Positions 1 to 11,179 of a DNA stretch of 64,000 nt are shown in pieces. The notes below the pieces were generated by a model. It was not told where the DNA came from and did no database searches. It saw only the letters and a program-made list of their open reading frames with translations. The position numbers and the translations under genes are program-made. The stretch spans positions 51,389-115,388 of the forward strand of contig MU008231.1 of NCBI GenBank assembly GCA_010909165.1, written 5' to 3'. Origin of the DNA: Anthoceros angustus (lineage: Eukaryota > Plantae > Anthocerotophyta). Every line of letters starts with the position of its first letter. Positions within the stretch are counted from its first letter, which is position 1.

Positions 1-3000
1 ACCACCGTGATGGGTTCAAGCAAGCATCCCAAGGAGCCGTGCCCATGCACGTGGAGGATGCCCTTATGGCTGTTTGGGAGGATGCGGAAGCCATGGTGTT
101 GCGGGAGCTAGATGGACTGGGGTGAGGAGACTACTACGGAGAGGCTGCAGCCATGGTCAGGCGCACTAGGAATGAAAAGCTAGGAGGAAGTCATGGAAGA
201 AGAAAGAGACGGAGGAATCACAAAAAGTCAAGAGAGCACTCCAAGCCCGGAGGGAACGGATCCGAGGAGACACTTGAGAAGGAGAACCCCGAGAAGGAAG
301 AATCAAGGAGTGAATCGCCTGGGGCCATGCCGGAGAAAAAGAAGTTCCAAAGAAAAGGGAGAGGAACCCCGAGTTTCCACCGGACGCCGGAAGTCATGGA
401 GATGATAGAGGAGGAATTGACCAAGACAAAAAAACCGCCGAGCTGTGATCCCGAGATCGCAGAAGTCCTCGGTTAGCAACCGCGCTAATAAGGCGGCCGC
501 AGCAGCAAGCAACCGACGTTGTTGCTAAGGGAGCAACCGCGATCGCAAGAAGGAGGGACCGATCGAGGACCATTTAACCTTGCCAAGCCATCATGGATCG
601 CATCCATCACGTTTGGTCAACTATTGAAGGACAACCCAAGTGCAACAAGTTCTGAGGGCCTTGCAAGAAGCGCAACCCAAGAGGAAGAGGCGATTGCCCA
701 AGCCGGGACCAAGTGACCCTACAACAACCTAGTGTCCATGATAGACCAAGGGCCGGAGTGCAAGTGGAGATCCCGGTCATCAAGCGGTTCCCTTGGATAC
801 CGGATCCGGTGAACATCATGACTAAGGGATAGCAAGGAAGCTTGGGTTGACATTGAGCATACCACACAGTTGAGATTACCGACATGTCAAAAATGCACTG
901 TGGAGAATCAAGGAGTAACCACCATCATAGGGACCATTCCCTATCTCATGGACTATGTGGTTATCCAAAGACAAGGCTGTGGTATGACATCCTATTGGGA
1001 AGGACCTGTCAGATGGCTCAAGATGCAAGATGACTTGGGGAGGAAGGAAGTGGCTTTTAAGCCAATGGATTGGGACCCCAAGACGAAGGAGGCGAATTTG
1101 TTTGAGTTGGAGGGATACCACGTGGGAGACTCCTACAAAGAACGGAAGGATACACATCACCGGAGAAACATCCGACTGGAGGAAGAAGGAACTGGACAAA
1201 TTTCCTTTTGCACATATCGCATGGTCGATGAGGAGGAAGAGTATAGGAGGGATATCCCTTACTCCCTCAATTTGGTGGACCGCTTTGGTTCATGGAGGAC
1301 CGCATCAACAAGGAGAGCGACAAAGAACGCTGCGAGCTGTTAAGGAAGCAACATGATTCGACGGCTAAGCAACAAGACGACGGGCTAAGGAAGCAACGAG
1401 GACAGAACAGGAAGGGTGAGCGAGATCATTCGATTCACCTCGAGGACCTATTTAGGAGTGGATGAGGGAAGAGGACCTCGTGAACCGGAGGAAGGGTTTG
1501 GTGAGAGTTCAAGACCCGTGGAGCGAGAATGGGTACAAGGACGAGATTAAGGATGTGGAGGTATTGCCCGAAGGTGAAGTTTGCACGACTGGACCAGTTG
1601 GAGGAAGGAATGAAACACCCTCCGAGTTCATCGACGTGTTTGCCGAGGTGATGATATGAAGGGATTCCCAAGAAGTGGGGAGCATAGGATCGATTTGGAG
1701 CCGGAGCGACTCCGCATTCCCCAATACAAGTCGAACCCAAAGTACTCACAAGGTGAAGGAGCAGCTTGAATTGTACTTGAAGGCGACGCCATCTATCCAA
1801 TCGTGAACACGGAGTGGGTGGCTCCAATTGTTGTGGTTCAAGAAGCACCGGAAAGATTCGAGTATGCCAAGACCGGAGGAAGCTCAACAAAGCAACCAAG
1901 AAGGACCATTTCTCCGCCATTCATCGACAACATCCGGACTTGGTGGTCGGAAGATGTGTACTGCTCTGACGTACTGGGTACAATCACCGCACTTGAGGGA
2001 GAGTGACTGCCTCTAACCTTCACACGGATTGGGGACCTTCGATACAAGAGGAGTGCTCGGATTGACGGGCAGGTTCCTTCATGCGGAGCATGGTTGAGAT
2101 CTTCAAGGAGTATCTCCACAAGTTCATGGAGGTATTCCTAGATGATTTTGTGTGTTTGGGAGTGTGGAGGAGCACCGGATCACTTAGGCTTGGCGAGGTG
2201 TCGTGAAACTCAACTTTGCCTACATCCCGAGAAATGCTACTTTGGCATGCGGGAGGGATTTTGTTGGGCAATTTCAAAGACGAGGCATCAAGTTGATCCG
2301 CATAAGGTGAAGATGATTGTTGCCCGAAGCTCCAACAACTCTCAAGGAACTCCGGGGTTCCTTGGCATGGTGGGCTACTACCGACGCTTTGTGCCTAACT
2401 TTGCTAGGAGCTGCCTTTGACCAGCTTGTTGAGGAAGGACCAAGAGTGGACCGACAGAGGGAGGCAGATTTCAAGATTTGAGGACCACGTTGGTACCAAC
2501 CCTCAAGGGACCGGATTGAACAAGAAGTTCCATGTACGTGATGTTTCCGCCGCCATTGGTACGCCTTGAGCCGGTGGATGACAAGAAGAGGGACTACCCA
2601 ATCTACTACGCAGACGGCAACTCACCGATGCGGAGCGCAAGTACACAACAATAAAAGGGAAGCCCTTGGGATGGTGTATTCAGAAGGAAGTTCCATTATC
2701 TCCTCTCCTATGAGTTTGTGTTCCATGTTGACCATTTTGCTCTCAAGCATCTTGTCAACAAGGCGGATCTCTCGCATAGCTCGTTGGATCTTGCACAGGT
2801 AAGAGTTCACATTCACGGTGGAGACACGTGAGGGGAAGCATGTGAATGCCGACTACTTGTCCCGCTTGAAGACGGAGAAGGTGGAGCGTGATCAAGAAGA
2901 TCATTTTCCTGGATGAAGCTTTGCCGGGAGGAGGATGAGGAGAGTGCTAGGCCCAATGCCAAGTTGATCGGAAACGGAGGCAAAGACCAAATGAGAAGGG

Positions 3001-4146
3001 AGGGAGAAGTTTTGTGCCCCATGAGGAGGTCTTTCGCTTTTAGCAACAGTCGATACCAACACCGTCACAACAAAGAGGTTGTTCTATACTTCCGCACTGT
3101 TAAGCGAGACAAGCCGCATGGGGGCCGATGGAGTTGAGAGGTTGTGGGTCAAGGATGGTCAAAAGGACCGGGTTCTCGCCTTGCATGAGGAGGAGGAGGT
3201 CACTACGCCAACGTGACTGTAAGAAGATCTTAGGTGGTATTGGTGGCCAACCTTGCACATAGATGCTAGGGAGTTCATCAAGCTGCCAGGATGCATGTCA
3301 AAGGGTTGAAGCCAACCAGACCACACAAAGGGCCATTGGTCCCTATCCTAGCCTTGGCGCCTTTGAAAAGTGGGGATTGACTTCACAATGATTCACCCAA
3401 GACCAAAACCAAAATCAATATATTCGTAGCAACGGACCACCGCACTGCATGGTGGAAGCTCAAGCCTTGCCCGTGGACACAGAATGGTGGCTGTGTTCTT
3501 GTTTGAGTACATCATTACAAGGTACGGTGCCCGTTGGAATTGGTTAGCTGGGTACCCATTTCATCAACGAGGTGATCTCACACATGGTGAAGTACTTCAA
3601 CATCAGCCAGGAAGACCACCCCTACAACCCCAAGGCGAATGGACTCACGGAGAAAGCTAATGGATTGCTTTTGTGATCCTCAACAAGTTGAACCTCACCT
3701 ACACCTACGATTGGAAGCTTCACTCGGCCAGGGCGACAGTGAAAAGGTGACCACACACTGCACTACCTCACCTATGGGCACTCACCACCATGCCCATTGA
3801 GTTTGAAGTGCCAACGCTTGAGAGTCCAAGAGCATAAGAGGATGGAGGAGAGCCGCTTGGAGAGGCTCATAGGCTTTGTTCAAAGACATGGAGAACAAGG
3901 AAGCCTGGCCCCAAACGCCAAGAGAAGAGGAAGGAATGGCATGACCTAAGTCGCAAAAACAAGAGTACGTTGTTCGGGACTTGGCTGTCAGATGACAACA
4001 GTACATGCACTTCGGAAGTGCATCTTAGATGGATGGGTCCCTACAGGTGTAAGTGTTCGACAATGGATCCATACACCGCGGCAACTTGATGGATTCTCGC
4101 CAATGTGGTCAATGAAGAAGTATTACAATAAGGGACGCCAACAAAT
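1..4146 (+). mobile_element. Ty3/Gypsy (non-chromovirus) internal region: gag tail, protease, RT, RNase H, integrase with GPY/F module; frameshifted; 5' part outside window
   Basis: Fragments read across frames: EWVAPIVVV and PFIDNI (RT), YLHKFMEVFLDDF (RT catalytic DD), FLGMVGYYRRFVPNFA, RNase H ~2450-2850, integrase ..PKANGLTEKAN ~3630, RWMGPY near 4030. Domain order RT-RH-INT; no chromodomain seen. Confidence 0.93.
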
Positions 4147-4159
4147 GAGAAGGGGAGTA
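4147..4159 (+). other. Polypurine tract of the Gypsy element
   Basis: GAGAAGGGGAGTA directly after the end of pol and directly before TGTGG; the same GGGGAGTA/TG junction occurs in the element at 41929-41941 (-). Confidence 0.85.
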
Positions 4160-7100
4160 TGTGGTGACCACATGGGTACTGACGAAAGGAGTGTTTTTGT
4201 TTTGTGTTTAAGTTAGAATCGTGTGGAGTTGGAATGAAGTAGGTTAGGAAATAAAGAAAAGTCTACTAGAGCCTAGTAGGAGGAAGAGAGTCTAGTCCCG
4301 ATCCCGGATGTAACCTCGAGGGTTGGCTGCTCGACCGTTGCTAACGCGGCTAGGGCTGCTACAGTGGCTGCTTATGACCACAACCGACGGAGCTGCTATG
4401 GTAGCAACCAAGTTGGAGTTTCTTTCGATGACTTCGAAAATCCAATCGATGGAATCACAAGGAATACCCAAACGGAAGTAACGGGGTCCTATTGGCAATT
4501 AAGTCCAGCGGGAAGAGTATTTGCATCGAATCCAAAGTGATCGAAGACGGCACCGCTACCGGAATTCGAGCGACCGGTGGAGGCCGGAGCGAACGCCGAC
4601 GGATGCAAGGCGAGGTGTCGCAGTGATCGGAAGTCGCCAGAACGAGCGCCGAGAGACCAAACCGTTTGGCAGATTGAGAGGGCGGAGGAAGCGGAGCGCG
4701 CAAACCGGAGGCAGCAGGCCGAGAGGCGGCGAATGAAGGTCTGTGGAGAACGCCCAGCGCGGCGTGGCGGGGGCAATGGGAGGAAGCCGGGCGCAGAAAG
4801 CCCATGCGAGTGGGGAGTAATCGGGCCGAAACTCCGGAGAAGGCTAGCGCGGCTGTGTGGCGATCGTGCAGAAGCTAACAAGAGGTGGCAAGCGGATAGC
4901 TGTGTGAAGGGGGCCGGGAACCGGCCACAGGAAGAGAAGTGTGCAACGGGCAGCTGAAATCGAGGCACGCACCGGGAGGTCGCGGTGGCGACAAAGCGCA
5001 CTAGGGGTCGCTCAACCGTGTTGCGATACACCTCCAAGCCTCATACAACCGAGGTAGGTGGATGAGGCCCCGAGCCGGTGCGGAGGTGTCCGTGGGGTTT
5101 CACGCAGAGGAGCCGAAGTCGACACGTAAAACTCGAAGCATAGACGGTAGCCGGACACTTTGCTCCTGTAAGCTCTAAGCTTGTGTCATAGGACAGGAGC
5201 ATGGCACCTAAGAAGAACTCCGGCCGCCATTGAGGCCATTACGACCGCCCAATGGCCCAATATGGGGCACTGGAGAGTGAAGGGTCTTTGGTGGCTAAGC
5301 ATCACCGTCCTTCATGGACAAAAAGTGGTGCTACAATAGCCTCGTTGGTTTTGGAGTGTGCAGCATGAGGGAGAAGGCCATTGGGGAAGGCAACGTGAGG
5401 ACCAACCCCGCCGGAATATTCATTGTTCCGCTTATGAGAGACCAAGAGGAATGTGGCGGATAATCATTGACCTTTCAGAAACCATCTCCTCAAAAGCGCA
5501 GGAGGCACAAGCGCCATTGCTCCCACATTGTCTAGAGTGGAGAATGGGTCACCAACAAGTTAGACCTCGGCCGGATTAGCCAGTGATCCTGGCTCTCACC
5601 TCACTAAGAAGGAGCACATTGTCACCATTTCTTGTCTTTCTATGAGGTGGTGAGAGGGTCCAAGATAGATTGGGCCAGGATGTTCTATGACACAAGTGTG
5701 GAGAGGGACCACTTGACCCTACCATCACCTAGCCCCTCGCCTCTATCTCCTTCTTAATCCACGTTTTGACCATGCCAAGTTGCCGGAGGGAATGGAGATG
5801 GTCTCCTTTCACTGGAGGCCGTGTTTGAAAGAAGGAAGCCCAAAGAGGAGGAGGAAGAGGCCATCTCCGGGCACTGGGGAGTGAAGATGAGAAGTCCAAG
5901 TGTCCATGAAAGGAATGTGACGCTTAAGGTAGCACCAAGGGTTAACAAGGCAATCAGTTGCTAAGGCCCCAACAGTACCAAGAGGAGCCGGGGAGCAACG
6001 GGACTCCAACAACACCTAGAGCCACAAGAGCACGACGGGAGCTCACCGATGTATAAGACAAGGGCAAGGCCCAGCACCAATATCCTGTGAGCCTGGAAAC
6101 CACAGTCAACAGAGGAATCACAACCTTGGGCACAGCCGAAATGATCCGAGAAAGTGACCACTGCTCAAGGGTGGCCTCAAGTATACCCTAAGTTGTGACA
6201 GGGGCGGCCACCGCGATGAGACAGGAAGGAGGAGCCCATCCCGAAGGTTTGGGGCCTAACATCACCCTACGAGTTGGTTTCAGCTATGGCACGCACTGTG
6301 GGCAGATGGAAGATCTAGTCCTCCTCCTTGTTAGGTTTACAGCGCAGAAGGAAGCAACAGGGAGAGCAATGGAGGAGCTCCAAGATGAAGAAGGAGAAGG
6401 AGGTTTTGGAGGGACAGCTTGGAAGTGGAAATAGGGAAGGTCCGAGAGAGTTGCCAAGTCTAAGGACCAAGCCCTCATGGCTCAGCCTCCGACACAAAAG
6501 CACCATAGGAGAGAGCTGCACGTCATCTCGTGATGCACAAGTGCATGAAACTGGATGCCTCACGAGCGCCAGGAAGGAGAGGGACGAGGCTAGGAAAGGT
6601 GGAAGGAGGCCAAGAGGGCCGGATTGCAAGGAGGGCCACCGTGGAAGATGAGGCTCCTATGGAAGAATCGAGTTAGCAATGCCGAGGAGGTTGCTAAGCA
6701 AGCAACCGCCGTTGCTAGGAAGCAACCCTGCACTGCTAGGAAGCAACAGGCTCCAAGACCAAAGCCAGCTACAAGGAAGAAGGGGCAACAAGACGGAGGA
6801 GGACAACAGCCGGGGAGCGGTAAGCACCGCCTAAGAAGTCTAACTTCCCAATGGTGCATTAGATTGAGGGATGCTTATCAAGATAATCATGTGCCCGGAT
6901 TCTCCTTGGCCGGAGAGAAGATTGTCACCCCGAAAGTTTATGTTGTTGTGGGCAGGGGGACATGGAGGTACTTGATCCATGCCTTGACGGCACTGGATCC
7001 TACCTATGGGTTGGACTCTTACGGAGGAGACTCTCACCGACCCATCCAGATTCAAGAGCTCACCGAGGAGGAGTACTGCCATGCGGCGAGCACAAGAGAG

Positions 7101-8453
7101 GGAAGAGTCCAGCTCGAGGAGGTGGAGATTTTGGGAGAGATTGCCCAACCAGCCAAGAGGGAAGAGCAAGAGGAGAACATGGGCTAGGCGGCCTAGGAGG
7201 CCTGTGAGGGATATAATAGGGTAAGTGGCCTCAAATAGATGAAGGCCCATGTGTTATAGACTAATCTTCCTCATAGTGGATAGAATTAAGAGATAGGCCT
7301 CTAGGATTGGTAGGCTAAGACCGATTGGTATTTTTGGCAAGGCCAAGCTACTTTGTGGCTGATCTTGGGTATAAGAGGCCCTCTTGATGAAATGCAAGCA
7401 ATGTTGGCCTAAAGTCTTGGTGTTTGGGTGAGCACGGGGTTTGGGGGGTACCGATCCAGGTCAGTGAGTCTAGGCACGCCTCTGCTGTGAGGAGCCGAGA
7501 AGACTACTGTTGCCCAGATCCGTGTGACCGATCCGCAAGAGTGGTGGAAAGCAAGGGAGGGAACTGGTCTCCTTGGGGAGTTCCCAAGGATAAGAGGAAG
7601 GGGTTGTGAAGCCGGGAGGCTGTCCATTCCTTACTCATTCTCTGCCTTGTCTAGTACTCACCTTGTGTTTGAGTTTTCGTGGTGTGAGGTCATGTGGGAA
7701 AAGGAGACAAGGCGGGAGCCTGTGGGTGGAAGAGAAGGTCAAGTGAGACGGAACCCGTGGGTTTGTATGCTTGGAAAATGTGAGCGAAAAGTGAACTGTG
7801 AGAGGAGTGGAAAATGTCACATGGAGAGTTGATTGTGGGAGAGAAGTAAGAGGGATTGGAGAAGACTGTAAGTGATGTTTGCTGAGAAAGTGGAGATTGA
7901 ATGAGGCCGTGAGGTGTGAGAACAAGGAGCGAAGGGGGTAACTTGTGGAGCCGTGAGAGCCTGGGGAGGACGGAAGCTTGGGAGGAAAGCTGAAAGGTTG
8001 GAGGGAAGAAAGAGAGATCCGGGGAAGTGTGAGTAAGGAGGTGGTGTGATCGGCAACCCCGATTGGTGGATCCGACTTTGTGGAAGGATAAGAGAGAGGG
8101 TCCAATCTTATCCACTTGGACCCCAAGTGGGCCCACCTTCTATTAATAGCCAGCCCGAACCCGAGATGGGCCCCGCCTACTGCTAAAATAGAGGGTGGTT
8201 GCTAAGATAGCAACCGGCCCGCTGCTAAGGTAGCAACAGGTCGCGTGGCTAAGATAGCCATGTGTCCGAGTGTTGTTAGGATAGTAGCTTGGTCCGTAGT
8301 CGCTAGATGTTTTGTATGTCCGTGTTTGGTTGGATTGGCTATGTTTTGGTTGTCTTGACACGAAATCACTCCCTTGGGTACGAATCTCAAGTCTACAACG
8401 ATAAGAGGGTAAATGGGCCCTTTGTGACCACTTGGTTTAGAAAATCACCCACA
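4160..8453 (+). repeat. ~4.3-kb 3' LTR of Gypsy family 1
   Basis: Starts TGTGGTGA after the PPT and ends TCACCCACA (imperfect terminal inverted repeat); unrelated coding-like sequence follows. The partner LTR is outside the window, so the right boundary is inferred. Confidence 0.7.
5201..7187 (+). pseudogene. LTR-internal accessory ORF (Athila ORF2 / 'putative plant transposon protein'-like N-terminus plus coiled-coil), frameshifted
   Basis: Starts MAPKK; contains IDWARMFYD (~5665); coiled-coil/charged segments at 6328-7187; same strand as pol. Confidence 0.6.
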
Positions 8454-10692
8454 CTGGTGATGGAGAAGAAGTGGGCAGAGGGCGGAAAAAATTAAGGAAG
8501 TCGAGGAAGCATGCGTAAGAGGAAGCGCTGTCTGGACAATGACCACGTATGCCGAACGATCGGAGCTCCTTTCGCAGGAGGATGACTATCTCGAGATGGT
8601 TCGCACTGGCCTACAAGAAGCGGGTGCAAACCACAACATTCGACATTCACATATCGGTACTACGCCCCGCTCATTTCTAACGCAGATGCTCGATAAGGAA
8701 GGTGGATGAGGCATGGATGAAGTGCCTTGTTCGATGCGCATGTGTCCTCAGAAGGAAGGGACGCCCCACTTGTGCATGATTGATCCAAGACAAAGGCTTG
8801 AAGAAAGAAGATGCACGAGGAGATCGAGCTCAAAGATTACACCCTAGGGGTGCCGGAGGGAACTATTGCTATGCCGCCATGGTAATCTCAAATGTATCCG
8901 CGGAAGATAAATTTCAATGGCTTGAGGGCCATGTATATGCGAGTAGAGGAAGAAATGCGGTGCCGCGCTTGATCACAATGTGTATGCGCATAAGAGGAAG
9001 AAGCTTGGTTTTATTGAACAAGTACGCTACATACATGATGAGCTTGAGATTTGGCACCGGACACACCCGATGGAAAACCGATGCGGGGAAGTTCAATGTG
9101 TACAAGTTGCTGGGATGCTGGAGGAGGCTGGAAACTCCAAGGACACTGATTATGTACAGAAGATGGTGGACAGGAAGACTCTGGCGCTGAGGATTGCGAG
9201 GTGCAGGGGTAAATTGTGGGAGAACGTGGACACCATTTTCCGGATGTGGGAGAAGTGCGAACTCCCGCAGGTGAACAAAGACAATGTGACGACGGGAGCG
9301 AAGCAAACGGAAGCCACAAGACCCAACTACAACAGTACCGGGCCCTAATCGACCCTCGTCCGGCTCCAATGCTCTAAGGGCATGGAGAGTATTCCAAGGA
9401 GTCCCAAGGACGAGAAAGGTGAAGAGATGTTGATAGCAGGACCAAGGTCATCCAAGGAAACCGCAGCTAAAAGATATGGATACGGATGTTGGCAACGGAA
9501 GAAGATTAACCTTATCGAGCATGCCTTCGAAGGCTATGAAGTGTGCGACCTGAAGTCGCCAAACAGCTTCCCAAGCATACCGAGGCCAAGGAATTGGCGA
9601 AGTTTCACAAAGTGGAAAGTGTATTCGAGTGCGTCCGGGCGCATTTCAGAGTGCGCGACCGGCGACTCTTTGTTGTTTGACCAGAGGCGAACGCGAGTGC
9701 GCCGGCCGCGCACCGGCCGACAAGACAGCGCGCTGGCCGACCGCGACTGGCGCCGGCCACGGATCGCGCTGGCCGACCGCACTGGAGTGCGCGGCCGACC
9801 GCGACTGCATTTGCCGCCGGGCCGTTCATGAGGGCGCCACCGACCGGCATTGCGCGCCGGCCGACGCCATCATTGCCAATGAGTTCTGCTCGACCACCGC
9901 CTCGTTGCTTGCGTAAACCGGAGACATTGAGGATTTGAAAGCTCGCCAAAACCTTTCCAAGATTTTGTTTATAGCGAATCGAAACGGATGGAAGAAGAGC
10001 GAAAACAAATGGCCGACAAGGACATGGATGCGGTGCAGCCAGAGTGCCTCGGGTCTTGGACAAAGTGGCATATCGTGGTGCATCGAGACATTTTGGATAT
10101 GAAAGGATTTTTGCCACCGAGGAGGTATACTCTTCTTTTCTCGCGACCTCCCTCGAGGAATTGAAAGAGATCATCAGCTCTTTCAACGAGAAGACCACGA
10201 GCGATGTGTTCCGGATAATTCTTATGCATGGGGTGGATGGGGTGATTCAAGCCGTGGAGGCTTTGAGGTCTTGGTGCGGTGAAAGGAGTCATTCGACCGG
10301 TATGGGAGAAAACCAACATCCCACCTAAGCAGGCCGTGGAAACAGTGGAATATTTGAGTTGGAAGCGCAGAGGAGAGTCCAATGTCGGAAAAGCTCCTCT
10401 TTTCCGCAAAAGACATCAAACAGCCAAGAGTTATCCGACATGGACCGTGGTGAAGAAGTGATTTACCACATCGGTGATAAGATGGTCGACGCCATATCGT
10501 AAACCGGGCTTATTAGGCATGTTGGTGAACATGTTCTCCAACGAAGACGATCGATTGTTGACGCGCGGATCGTGGATCATTTTTGGTGGCCGGATACAAC
10601 GGAAAAGGAACGTTGTGGCCATTGACAAAGACGCACGATGCTCAATGTATATGTCACAACGAGTGAACGGAGACGACGAGTTCAAGAAATAA
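8454..10692 (+). pseudogene. Long frameshifted ORF ending in a beta-class DNA N6-adenine/N4-cytosine methyltransferase-like domain (~10066-10640); 5' end cut off by the Gypsy LTR
   Basis: Motifs in beta order: WHIVVHRDILDMKGFLPPRRYTLLFS(R/D)(P/L)P (cf. I..GD.L..+..LP..S+DLI.TDPPY), VWEKTNIPP..QAVETVEYLSWK (cf. IIW.K.N..E.I+++.K), PYRKPGLLGMLVNMFSNEDDRLL..GS..IQRKRNVVAIDKD (cf. P.QKP..L...I...SN.GD.VLD.F.GSG...A..GRN.IGIE.D). Confidence 0.6.
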
Positions 10693-11179
10693 CAGATAAG
10701 TTTTCGGGGCCCTGCAAGTTTTGGGCAAAGGAGATCGCGACGGAGGCATTGACAGAAAATGCAAGTGTATAGCTTGCTTGGAAAGAAGGGTCGAATGAAG
10801 GACTCAGACGTGAGACGACCGCCGTTGAAGACCAACCGGCATTGACAATATGGGATGAAAACGGCACACTACCACCGCAACAGAGGCTCCGACGCTCGCT
10901 TTGCAGTTGAAGGTGATGACTTTGGTGACACGGAAAAGGCGTGATTTGGAAAATGTAGAAACGGTGCGATTCGGAGCTCAATTTGGTTGAAGTAGATGAC
11001 CCTTTGGGTAGCTGTGACTTGTAGATGAGGGGGCTCGTCCGTTGACCGTATAATTCCTGCTTTTGACCCTTCGTGGAAAATGCCCGACTTTGATTTGAAT
11101 GCATATTACGTGTTTTGGACCCATAGTCTGGCACTGCCCTTTCCCCAGTAAGTCTCGGAAGGGTCGCGGACGGCCGGCG

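Noticed and set aside
3950-4146. Chromodomain at the end of either Gypsy integrase
   Set aside because: Both integrases end shortly after the GPY/F module; no chromodomain motif.
8454-8465. TGGTGATGGAG after the LTR end as a PBS of a tandem element
   Set aside because: No gag follows; the sequence reads in frame with the downstream non-retroviral ORF, and I cannot match it to a tRNA 3' end.
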